Notes under the pieces: generated by a model
Seen by the model: only the letters and a program-made list of their open reading frames with translations
The model's database searches: none
What the model was told of the DNA's origin: nothing
In this document: positions 9,004 to 17,282 of the stretch, piece by piece
How positions within the stretch are numbered: position 1 is the stretch's first letter
Layout of the letters: every line of letters starts with the position of its first letter
Made by a program: the position numbers and the translations under genes
NCBI GenBank assembly: GCA_048940925.1
Contig: JBHLOC010000029.1
Span: forward strand, 33,299-62,425
Reading direction: 5' to 3'
DNA from: Promethearchaeota archaeon
Lineage (GTDB): Archaea; Asgardarchaeota; Lokiarchaeia; Sigyniarchaeales; SOKP01
Length of the DNA: 29,127 bases

Positions 9004-9090
9004 TTAATTTTATAAAAGAAAGATACAATTTAAAGATATAGTAATGAGTTTATAATTTAAGGCTATTTTAATTTTATTAATGAGTTAAAA

Positions 9091-9555
9091 TTGGAGAATA
9101 TTATATATATCAGAGAAGAAATTGAATGTGATATTCCAACAGCTTTTAAATTTTTTACAAAAAATGATATGTTGGAAAGTTGGTTAACTGAAAAAGCCGA
9201 TGTGAATCCTGAAGTTGGAGGTAAATATGAACTCTTTTGGGAACCTGAAAACAGAGAAATCAATAGTACAATCGGATGCATGGTTACTGGTATTGAAGAA
9301 AATAAATTTATTTCCTTCGATTGGAAGGGACCAGTTCAATTCAAAACATTCATGAATATTTCTGATCCTCTTACACATGTAATTGTATTTTTTTCATCTG
9401 ATCTCATTGAAAAAAATAAAACAATTATTTATCTTTTCCATACAGGTTGGAGAAAAGATGAGCGCTGGCAAAGAGCACGAAAATTCTTTGAAAATGCATG
9501 GATAAAAGCATTGCACGTATTAAAGGAAAAAGTTAAGGATAAGTTATCACCTTAA
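9091..9555 (+). CDS. SRPBCC/AHSA1 (START-like) domain protein
   Basis: AF..FT....LESW...GGKYELFW...ISFDW...T.VIV.F...T.IYL.HTGW...W..AL..LK. Confidence 0.85.
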   Translation: MENIIYIREEIECDIPTAFKFFTKNDMLESWLTEKADVNPEVGGKYELFWEPENREINSTIGCMVTGIEENKFISFDWKGPVQFKTFMNISDPLTHVIVFFSSDLIEKNKTIIYLFHTGWRKDERWQRARKFFENAWIKALHVLKEKVKDKLSP

Positions 9556-9801
9556 CTTTTTTCCTATTCCAATTCGTACACTTATTAACCTTCAGGATAA
9601 AAAATCATAATCAGTTAACTGAAGTGCTAAAAAAATCCTAAATAAACCACACTCAAATCATAACATCAAATCATTTTAAATTTTATAGGTTTAATCTATA
9701 TTTACTAAATTATCAAAATTGAAATCATAATAATTATACATTATTGATTCAACAACTAAAATCGTAAATCTTTTAAAAAATGTTTGAAGGATCTAGAATA
9801 G

Positions 9802-9825
9802 AAATAGGATAAGTTTCCTGTTTTT
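9802..9825. promoter_or_regulatory. Palindromic operator-like site, copy 2
   Basis: AAATAGGATAAGTTTCCTGTTTTT, 22/24 identical to 8976-8999, about 41 nt upstream of the DUF4430 gene. Confidence 0.55.
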
Positions 9826-9866
9826 ACATACATTTATGTCTAATAAAAAAAAATAGATGTCATACG

Positions 9867-11084
9867 ATGATCAAAATAGAAAAGACTATAATTCTAATTG
9901 GTTCTTTAATTTTGATCCAACTCTTATATCAAAGCTCTGTTCCAATAGTAAAAGCTGAAAATAATATTCCAAATTCTTACTATCAAGAACTTAATTTAGA
10001 AGATACATATTTTTATGAAGTTTTGGGGTATGGTGGCGCAGCAGGGTGGTATAATTTTACACCATGGCCAGGAAATTCTTATGAGGGGAAATGGAATACT
10101 AGTATTGGGGGACAGATAATTATTAACTTCTCTGGGTTTCATGATAAGGATCCAAATGATTGGGGGAATATTTTCGATGATCCTATCCCTTGGTTTGATA
10201 TAAGTATCTTAAATAATAATACTGGAGTTTTAAAGACAAATTTTACATTAGATAATAGATCTAACAGTGAAATTGCCAGAGCTTTAACACTAGGGTATAA
10301 TTCTTTTCAACCGGGATTCTTAATTCCAAGTAATAACTTAACAACTGTAAAAGAACTAGCTATTAATCAATCAGATCCTGGGGGATTATGGGATATTTTA
10401 GGAGAAGTTAATGTAAAAGAAACCAATGATCTACTTTATATAAGCTTTGATCAAGTTGGAGGTGATCAGAAAACTTATCTGGTCTATGATACGTTAAGAG
10501 GATTTCTGATATGGGCAAAAACTAGCATAGGAGGATATTTACTCGAAATAAAATCTCTGAATTTTATATTTGATTACTCAATGCCTCAGAAGGAAAATGC
10601 TTTGATACAATTTTTACCATATTTATTAATTATTTCTATAAGTCTTATTTCAATAGTCTCATCTCTTATTTTAGCAAAAGTGAATGATAAATTCCGGAAA
10701 TTCAATAAATATGTGTTAATTGCTATTATAGGAATAGCTAGTATTACTTCTTTTTTAATTTTCACCTCAAGTTTAGGGGTAACTGAGGTAAATAAACCCC
10801 AAAAAGAAGTCAAAGACATAACATTAATAGTAGATTATGGAAATGGTACGATAAAAACACAAGAAAATTTTCAGTTAATCAATTACAATACAACTGTATT
10901 TGACGCTTTGATAAAATGGTGTAAGGTAGAATATCATGATTATGGTGATATGGGAATTCTTATTGAAAGTATTGATGGAGTGAGTGGAAATTGGCTTTAT
11001 TCAGTTAATGATGATTTTCCTGGCATATCATCTGATATGTATAATATAAAAAATGGAGACACAATAAAATGGATATTTAGTTAA
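9867..11084 (+). CDS. Secreted/membrane protein with C-terminal DUF4430 (transcobalamin-like) domain
   Basis: Signal peptide, extracellular domain, two TM helices, then LIVDYGNG...TTVFDAL...G.LIESIDGV..NWLYSVN.......D.Y.IKNGD.IKW. Confidence 0.8.
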   Translation: MIKIEKTIILIGSLILIQLLYQSSVPIVKAENNIPNSYYQELNLEDTYFYEVLGYGGAAGWYNFTPWPGNSYEGKWNTSIGGQIIINFSGFHDKDPNDWGNIFDDPIPWFDISILNNNTGVLKTNFTLDNRSNSEIARALTLGYNSFQPGFLIPSNNLTTVKELAINQSDPGGLWDILGEVNVKETNDLLYISFDQVGGDQKTYLVYDTLRGFLIWAKTSIGGYLLEIKSLNFIFDYSMPQKENALIQFLPYLLIISISLISIVSSLILAKVNDKFRKFNKYVLIAIIGIASITSFLIFTSSLGVTEVNKPQKEVKDITLIVDYGNGTIKTQENFQLINYNTTVFDALIKWCKVEYHDYGDMGILIESIDGVSGNWLYSVNDDFPGISSDMYNIKNGDTIKWIFS

Positions 11085-11157
11085 AAACTCCTAATTTTAT
11101 TTCTTTTTTTTATTGTTAACTGATCAGTGATAAGGATAATTTAAGAAATAGATTCCT

Positions 11158-11592
11158 TCAATATTTTACATCTTTTGTTTCTATTTTTTTAAGAACAGAT
11201 TCCATTTCTCTAAATGCTTTTCTAATTTTATGGAAATAATATCCTAATTTATAACCTTTTTTACAATTAGTAAAAAGCATAAAATCATTATCAGCATCAC
11301 CTACTAGGATGATAGTATATCCTTTAGTCCCTCTAATAACTACATCCCTCAACTCACCTTGTTGCAATCCTTCACTGATTTTTTCTCCGAGGGAAATCAG
11401 AGTTGCGGGGCTAGCACTATATATATCCGTAATAATATCAGCAGTTTCTGAACTGGCAATTCTTAATCCTGTTTTTGAAACAATAGCCGTTCCTTCTAAA
11501 TCAGTGGAACTTTCTAATTGTTCTAATGATCTCATCAGCTCATCTAATATATCTTGGCTGATATCAAGTTCAAATTCATGAGTCTTTTCCAT
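11158..11592 (-). CDS. Roadblock/LC7 (MglB-like) domain protein
   Basis: DLEGTAIVSKTGLRIAS...A.LISLGEKI...L..GEL..VVIRG.KGY.IIL...LG; AAGGTG SD-like motif before ATG 11592. Confidence 0.88.
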   Translation of the reverse strand: MEKTHEFELDISQDILDELMRSLEQLESSTDLEGTAIVSKTGLRIASSETADIITDIYSASPATLISLGEKISEGLQQGELRDVVIRGTKGYTIILVGDADNDFMLFTNCKKGYKLGYYFHKIRKAFREMESVLKKIETKDVKY

Positions 11593-11632
11593 TGTTAACA
11601 CCTTTATTATGAATATAATAATTTTTAAGAAT

Positions 11633-13051
11633 TTAAATGTTTTTTAGATGAAAACTACGCAATTCCTTTAAAAACACTGGATCTCCCTTCCTAACTACAA
11701 TATCATTGGTTTTAATTCCCACGATCACAGCTCCTTTAGTGCCAAATGTATTTAAAACTTTTGTAAAGGGAGGTTCTAATTTCTTTCCTATAATTTTTTT
11801 AGCCCCAATGGCACTTTGAGCTAAGCCTGTGCAAATAATTCCTTGAGGATGATCTGGATTTTTAATAAATCCCTTTTTAATCTTGTATCTATAAAATAAT
11901 GGAGGTTTATCATAGATTTTTAATACATCTGCAGATCCTAAGATTCTTAAAGTTGTTGGTGGTAAATCTAACCGACTAATAAGCAAAATAGCTTTCCTCT
12001 TTCTAATTAATACTTTATCCTTAAATATAATTATAGCTTTGAACCTATTATCTTTATTAGACACTGATTTTTGAACTCTTTTTCCATTTACCTCATCGAA
12101 TGGATAAATACTGCCTGAAATAGTCACCATTCCTATGGTAATGTGAACCTGTGTCCCAAAATGAGTATCCGGCTTAAATAAACTATTATTGTTCACTTCT
12201 ACGCCAATTATATCGCAATATTCAAAAGATTTTGAATTATTTGTAGCATAGCAACCGCGATATACTTTCTTAGCATCTATTCCTTTAATGTTAAGTCCTA
12301 CACGATCACCTGCTTTTGCTGAATTAACATTTTGATGAAAAATTTGAACACTTTTAATCCTACCTAAAGAATTGATAGGTAAAATTTCTATCTTTTGATT
12401 CAAACTTAATGTTCCACTTAATATCGTTCCAGTTAGAATTGTTCCAATTCCCTTAATTGGAAAATGATGATCAATAGGTATTATAAGATCTCCATCAATA
12501 ATCCTTTTTATCTTCAAAAAATTAATTTTCTCCAAAATTCCCTTTTTTAATTCTTCAAATCCCACTTTATTTTTAGCTGAAACAGCGTATATTGGTATAT
12601 TTGAACCAAAGGATGTTGAATCAAAAAATTCTCTTATGTGTTTTATTTCTTCTTCTATACTTTTTTTAAAGAGATCGATTTTATTAAGAATGACTATAAT
12701 ATCTTTAATTCTGAGTGATTCAACCATAATGAGATGCTCTCCAGTTTGAACTTGAGGACCTTTATTTATATCTATAACAATTAAAGCAATATCGATAATC
12801 TCAATCGAAGACGCACTAATATTTATTAAATCAGCATGACCTGGACCATCTACTAAGGTAACTAGATATTTATCAAGAAGAAAACTGGTGAATCCTAAAT
12901 CAATAGTAATACCTCTTTCTTTACTTTGTGGATGGGCATCGATACCTGCTGTTGAGATGATTTCTGATAATACTTCAGCTATAGCTGTTTTTCCAGAGTC
13001 TATATGACCAAATAAACCAATATGCACAGGAGTTTTATTTTCAATATGCAT
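11633..13051 (-). CDS. selB: Selenocysteine-specific elongation factor (aSelB/eEFSec)
   Basis: GHIDSGKT (G1), TAGIDAHPQSKERGITIDLGF, DGPGHADL, QTGEHL, NKID, IDHHFPIKGIGT, RLDLPPTTLRI and a short archaeal/eukaryotic domain IV (TFGTKG); near tRNA-Sec and SepSecS. Confidence 0.93.
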   Translation of the reverse strand: MHIENKTPVHIGLFGHIDSGKTAIAEVLSEIISTAGIDAHPQSKERGITIDLGFTSFLLDKYLVTLVDGPGHADLINISASSIEIIDIALIVIDINKGPQVQTGEHLIMVESLRIKDIIVILNKIDLFKKSIEEEIKHIREFFDSTSFGSNIPIYAVSAKNKVGFEELKKGILEKINFLKIKRIIDGDLIIPIDHHFPIKGIGTILTGTILSGTLSLNQKIEILPINSLGRIKSVQIFHQNVNSAKAGDRVGLNIKGIDAKKVYRGCYATNNSKSFEYCDIIGVEVNNNSLFKPDTHFGTQVHITIGMVTISGSIYPFDEVNGKRVQKSVSNKDNRFKAIIIFKDKVLIRKRKAILLISRLDLPPTTLRILGSADVLKIYDKPPLFYRYKIKKGFIKNPDHPQGIICTGLAQSAIGAKKIIGKKLEPPFTKVLNTFGTKGAVIVGIKTNDIVVRKGDPVFLKELRSFHLKNI

Positions 13052-13234
13052 CTCTTATTACTAAAAAAAAAATAAGAATAAATACATTATTATTCTTACA
13101 TTCTCTCTCTTTAAACAATGAGACTTGATTACTAATAAATAATTCTTTTAAATATTGGACTCTAATAAAATTATAATTGAAGTTTTATATTTCTTATATT
13201 AAAGAATATTATAATATTTTTGAACGTGGAACTT

Positions 13235-14086
13235 ATGCCTAAATTTTGTCCTTACTGTGGAAACCCAGTAAAAGAAACAGATAAATTTTGCATCATATGT
13301 GGCAAACCTCTTATTACTGACATTCCAAAAGCAGTAAAAGAAACTGAAATTAAGGAATCGAAGATTAAGGAAGAAGAAAAAAAGGTCGAGGAAAAACCTG
13401 AAGAAGTACTTTTAGAAGAAGAAGAGAAAGAAATTGATGAAAAGAAAAAATCAAAAAAGCAAAAGGAGAAAGAAGAAGCCAAACCTTTACCTGAAGATGT
13501 AAAGGAACAAATGGTTTATTATATTGAATATAACGATATCCAGTTAAATAAAAAGGTTCTAGCAGAAAAATTAAAAGAAATTTCAAAACTAACTAAGGAT
13601 CCTAAATATGATTATGATATCGACTTTAAAAAGCAATTTAATATAAAACTAGAAGCAATTAAAACACTCATAGAAGAACTAAAGCAAAGGGAAAGCGTTA
13701 TCAAACAAAATCTAGATGAACCCTTTATAGTACAACGTATCTCTCATGATATTGAAACAAAAACATTTCAATTAGAGAATTTATCTCGTGAGCATAAATT
13801 ACGCAAAGTAGATAAAGAAACATTTGAAAGATTAAAGGAAAAGTATAAACAAGAAAAATCAGAATTAGAAAATGAAAGAGATGATTTAATTAAAGGTATG
13901 AAATTATGGATTCAGGATTTAAAATTGGAAAAAGTGGAACTCTCTAGTGAGAGAAAACTTAACAAGGGTCGATTTCATGCGAAAGAGATTTCAGAAGAAG
14001 AATTCAATAAGAATGATAAAGATTTTGACTTAAAATTAAATAAAGTTAATACAAAAATCAAAACCTTAGAAGAATTAACCAAATAA
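13235..14086 (+). CDS. Zinc-ribbon protein with coiled-coil, CdvA-like C-terminal region
   Basis: CPYCG...FCIICG ribbon, Glu/Lys linker, then two helix-turn-helix units KVDKETFERLKEKY and KEISEEEFNK resembling the CdvA coiled-coil domain. Confidence 0.6.
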   Translation: MPKFCPYCGNPVKETDKFCIICGKPLITDIPKAVKETEIKESKIKEEEKKVEEKPEEVLLEEEEKEIDEKKKSKKQKEKEEAKPLPEDVKEQMVYYIEYNDIQLNKKVLAEKLKEISKLTKDPKYDYDIDFKKQFNIKLEAIKTLIEELKQRESVIKQNLDEPFIVQRISHDIETKTFQLENLSREHKLRKVDKETFERLKEKYKQEKSELENERDDLIKGMKLWIQDLKLEKVELSSERKLNKGRFHAKEISEEEFNKNDKDFDLKLNKVNTKIKTLEELTK

Positions 14087-14132
14087 AATTGAAAATATAT
14101 ATTTAGCTCTATATATTTTAATACCTATACCT

Positions 14133-14258
14133 ATGAGAAACAAAATAATTGCAATAATCATTTTAATTATAGCAATTTCCCTAGTAACAATTGGTCTAAT
14201 TCAAAATCAACAGTTTTTAATCGATCAGTTTTATGATAAAATGGCGGCTTTTCGTTAA
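14133..14258 (+). CDS. 41-aa single-TM microprotein (below ORF-track cutoff)
   Basis: MRNKIIAIIILIIAISLVTIGLIQNQQFLIDQFYDKMAAFR*; its TAA overlaps the convergent gene's stop in TTAA at 14255-14258. Confidence 0.5.
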   Translation: MRNKIIAIIILIIAISLVTIGLIQNQQFLIDQFYDKMAAFR

Positions 14259-14554
14259 ATCTCCCAATTTCCTCTTCTTATAGCAAGTGTATCATCTAAA
14301 AATCCCTTTTTCTGAAAGACCTTTTCTTGTGTTTTTCTAAATTTATTGGATTGATTATAATGAGCTTTGCAAAGATAAACTCTGTGGTTTGAGTTTTCTT
14401 TATATTTTAAGCCAGCTTTCTCGATATATATTTTCCAACCATTTTCTGAAAGAGAACGAATAGCATTTTGATTACAATTTTTTATTGAACAATTTCTAAC
14501 CTTAGTAGCCCTAACCAAATCTTTTTTATCTTTAAGTTCCTTCGGAAGTTTCAT
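14255..14554 (-). CDS. Small basic Zn-binding protein (C-x4-C ... C-x2-H), uncharacterised archaeal family
   Basis: CSIKNC...AIRSLS...KAGL...VYLCKAHY. Confidence 0.65.
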   Translation of the reverse strand: MKLPKELKDKKDLVRATKVRNCSIKNCNQNAIRSLSENGWKIYIEKAGLKYKENSNHRVYLCKAHYNQSNKFRKTQEKVFQKKGFLDDTLAIRRGNWEI

Positions 14555-14637
14555 AATAACCACATGCTATAAACTTTTTTAGAATAAAATATTATGATTT
14601 TTAAATAAATATTAGCTTAAAATTTTTGCTATACCTT

Positions 14638-15348
14638 ATGGATACAAAAGAACTGATTTATAATGAAAGTCTGATTAGACAGAAAATTTACCCGTTTAAT
14701 TCTCCTTTGAGACTTACTTTAGAAGATGATTTTTTTACTAAAGCTGCAGTTGTTTTTTCGATTATCCCATATGAAAATAAACCTTATGAACTTATCTTAA
14801 TTCATCGTTCAGATAAAGGCATAAGACATAGAGGCGAAATGTCTTTTCCAGGTGGAAAATTCGACCCTCAATTTGATACTTCATTGAGAGATACTGCTTT
14901 AAGGGAAACAGAAGAGGAGATAGGTGTCCCTCGGAAACTAGTTAAAATAATAGGGTGTTTGGACGATTTTCCTACAATGACCCAATTCATTATTACTCCT
15001 TTTATAGGGATAATTGATAAAAATCAAGCTTTAATAAGAGATGAAAGAGAAGTTCAAAAAATTTTGAAAATTCCTATTGATTTTTTTACTAGTAAATCGA
15101 ATTTCAGAGAACAAGCTATTGATATTGAAGATAAGAAATTTCCTATTTTTTACTTTAATTATATTGATCATGAAACTGGACAAAAATATACTGTTTGGGG
15201 GGCAACAGCATATATGATATCAACTTTCCTTGAAAAAATTTATGGATTAACTATTTCTACTTTAGGATTAGAACGATTTAAAATTGAAAAAATTAAAGAC
15301 CTTAAGGACTATATTAAATATAGAAACAAGATTACTAGTAATTTTTAA
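14638..15348 (+). CDS. Nudix hydrolase, CoA pyrophosphatase (NudL/NUDT7-8 type)
   Basis: AAVV...LILI.RS...HRGEMSFPGGK...TALRETEEEIG...ITPFIG...VWGATA. Confidence 0.9.
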   Translation: MDTKELIYNESLIRQKIYPFNSPLRLTLEDDFFTKAAVVFSIIPYENKPYELILIHRSDKGIRHRGEMSFPGGKFDPQFDTSLRDTALRETEEEIGVPRKLVKIIGCLDDFPTMTQFIITPFIGIIDKNQALIRDEREVQKILKIPIDFFTSKSNFREQAIDIEDKKFPIFYFNYIDHETGQKYTVWGATAYMISTFLEKIYGLTISTLGLERFKIEKIKDLKDYIKYRNKITSNF

Positions 15349-15528
15349 AAATCTAAATTATTGAAAAGAATTAACAATTTTAGTTTTGATAAAAATCATA
15401 ATCAAAACATATTAAAAGATTATTATTCTAAAAATTTACACTAACATCTTTAGAAAAAAAATAATAAAATTCAATTAATATTCTAGATTTTTACATTAAA
15501 AATTATAATTACAACAAAGAAGATTAAT

Positions 15529-16746
15529 ATGAAGTATAGAAAAATGGGTTCACTTGAGTGGGAAGTCTCTGCTCTTGGTTTTGGAGCAATGAGATTGCCT
15601 ATGAACCAAAATATGCAAGTTAATGAAGAAGAAGCAATTAAAATGATTCGCTATGCAATTGACCATGGTGTCAATTATGTGGATACCGCTTATCCTTATC
15701 ATCTTGGCACAAGCGAAGTGATAGTTGGAAAGGCCTTAAAAGATGGATATCGGGAAAAAGTTCACCTCACAACAAAACTTCCATTAAGGATGGTGAATAA
15801 AACAGAAGATTTCGATAAATTTTTCAATGAACAAATTGAACGGTTACAAACTACACCAGATATTTATTTATTTCATGGAATGAGTGCGAATGGACTTAAG
15901 AGAGTTAAAAATTTGAATTTAATAAAAAAAATGGAAGAAGCTAAAGCGAAAGGATTAATAAAATATATTGGCTTTTCTTTTCATGATAGTTTTGAGGCTT
16001 TTAAAGAAATTATTGATTTTTATGACTGGGACTGCTGTCAAATTCAATATAATTACCTTGATATTGAATATCAAGCAGGAATAAAAGGTGTAAAATATGC
16101 TGGGAGTAAAGGTATTGCTTTGATAATAATGGAACCTATTCGTGGGGGACAATTAGCCATTCCTGACCATGTATTAGAACGAAAGCCTGAAATCAAAACT
16201 GTGCTTGATAAATCAACAATAAAAAGAACAATGCCTGATTGGGCTTTACAGTTCGTTTGGAATCATCCAGAAGTTTCAGTAGTTCTAAGCGGGATGAGTT
16301 CTATGCAGCAAGTTGTAGAAAATGTAGAATCTGCAAATAATTCAAAAATTGATGGGCTCACAGAAGAAGAATTAAAAATTATTTCTGAATTACGGGAAGC
16401 CTATAAAAAATATATTTTGATACCGTGTACGAGCTGTGGATATTGCCAACCCTGTCCTAATGGAGTCACTATTCCTCAAGTCATTAGATTGATAAATGAT
16501 TTCTACTATTGGGGTGAAAGGGGTAGACAAAGACTTAACTTTTTCTACAGTAGAATGGTAAAAACTGAAGATGTATTTGAAGAAAAGAAAGCTAAGGGAG
16601 AAGACTTTCAAGGTGCTGCTACTTTATGTATACAATGCGAAGAATGTCTTGAAAAATGTCCTCAACAAATAAATATTCCATCTTGGATGGAAAAAGCTAA
16701 TGGTTTATTTGAAGAAGGAAAAAGTCTTTCAGAAGTGGTTGATTAA
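15529..16746 (+). CDS. Aldo/keto reductase with C-terminal 4Fe-4S domain
   Basis: VSALGFGAMRLP, GVNYVDTAYPY, IGFSFH, QIQYNYLD, MEPIRGG, VLSGMS; CTSCGYCQPCP and CIQCEECLEKCP. Confidence 0.92.
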   Translation: MKYRKMGSLEWEVSALGFGAMRLPMNQNMQVNEEEAIKMIRYAIDHGVNYVDTAYPYHLGTSEVIVGKALKDGYREKVHLTTKLPLRMVNKTEDFDKFFNEQIERLQTTPDIYLFHGMSANGLKRVKNLNLIKKMEEAKAKGLIKYIGFSFHDSFEAFKEIIDFYDWDCCQIQYNYLDIEYQAGIKGVKYAGSKGIALIIMEPIRGGQLAIPDHVLERKPEIKTVLDKSTIKRTMPDWALQFVWNHPEVSVVLSGMSSMQQVVENVESANNSKIDGLTEEELKIISELREAYKKYILIPCTSCGYCQPCPNGVTIPQVIRLINDFYYWGERGRQRLNFFYSRMVKTEDVFEEKKAKGEDFQGAATLCIQCEECLEKCPQQINIPSWMEKANGLFEEGKSLSEVVD

Positions 16747-16750
16747 CTAG

Positions 16751-16843
16751 GGCCCTTGACGGTTAGAGTGGTCTCTGACGCTGGGCTTCAAACCCAGTTA
16801 TCCTGCGGAGGGATAGGGGTTCGATTCCCCTCAAGGGCCGCCA
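16751..16843 (+). tRNA. selC: tRNA-Sec (anticodon UCA), 9/4 fold, CCA encoded
   Basis: Acceptor GGCCCTTGA/TCAAGGGCC (9 bp), G73, CCA; D stem GTTAGAG/CTCTGAC (7 bp, loop TGGT); anticodon stem GCTGGG/CCCAGT with loop CTTCAAA; variable arm TATCCT/GGGATA; T stem GGGG/CCCC with loop TTCGATT. Confidence 0.96.
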
Positions 16844-16859
16844 ATTTTCTCCCACAAAA

Positions 16860-17100
16860 GCCATATTTTTTTTTTAATCTTTCTAATTTTTCCTAATTGT
16901 TCTAGACGATCAAGATAATTCATAGTCTCATATCTTCGAAATACCTGTATTAAAGGAATTTGACTCCAGAAACCAATATTTCTATCACAGTTAAGGAAAT
17001 GTATTCTACATTGAGGATCGAAAATAATTAAGGCTTTTCCTTCAGACTAGAGATCTATATGACAATGTGAGAATCTTCCTTCATGATCTCCATAAATTAA
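16860..17100 (-). pseudogene. Possible decayed gene fragment (MBL-fold hydrolase-like)
   Basis: Minus frame LIYGDHEGRFSHCHIDL*SEGKALIIFDPQC...YETMNYLDRLEQLGKIRKI, with an internal TAG (17047-17049) and no start for the N-terminal part. Confidence 0.3.
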
Positions 17101-17282
17101 AAATAGACTTTTAATACCGTTAATACAATGAATTGAAATTGTTTTTCTCCCTTATCAGACTAATTTTATTAATAATTCATCTTAACAATTTAGAATAATA
17201 TTATAGAAAATAACAAAAGAATTATTTGGCAATATACTTTATTTATTTTATTTACTTTGTATGAATGTACAAGTGATATCAC

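Noticed and set aside
9560-9790. Cobalamin riboswitch or box C/D RNA in the long intergenic region; 12-bp palindrome TCAGTTAACTGA at 9611-9622 with a partial echo near 11115
   Set aside because: No B12-box or well-spaced C/D boxes; short AT-rich palindromes are expected by chance
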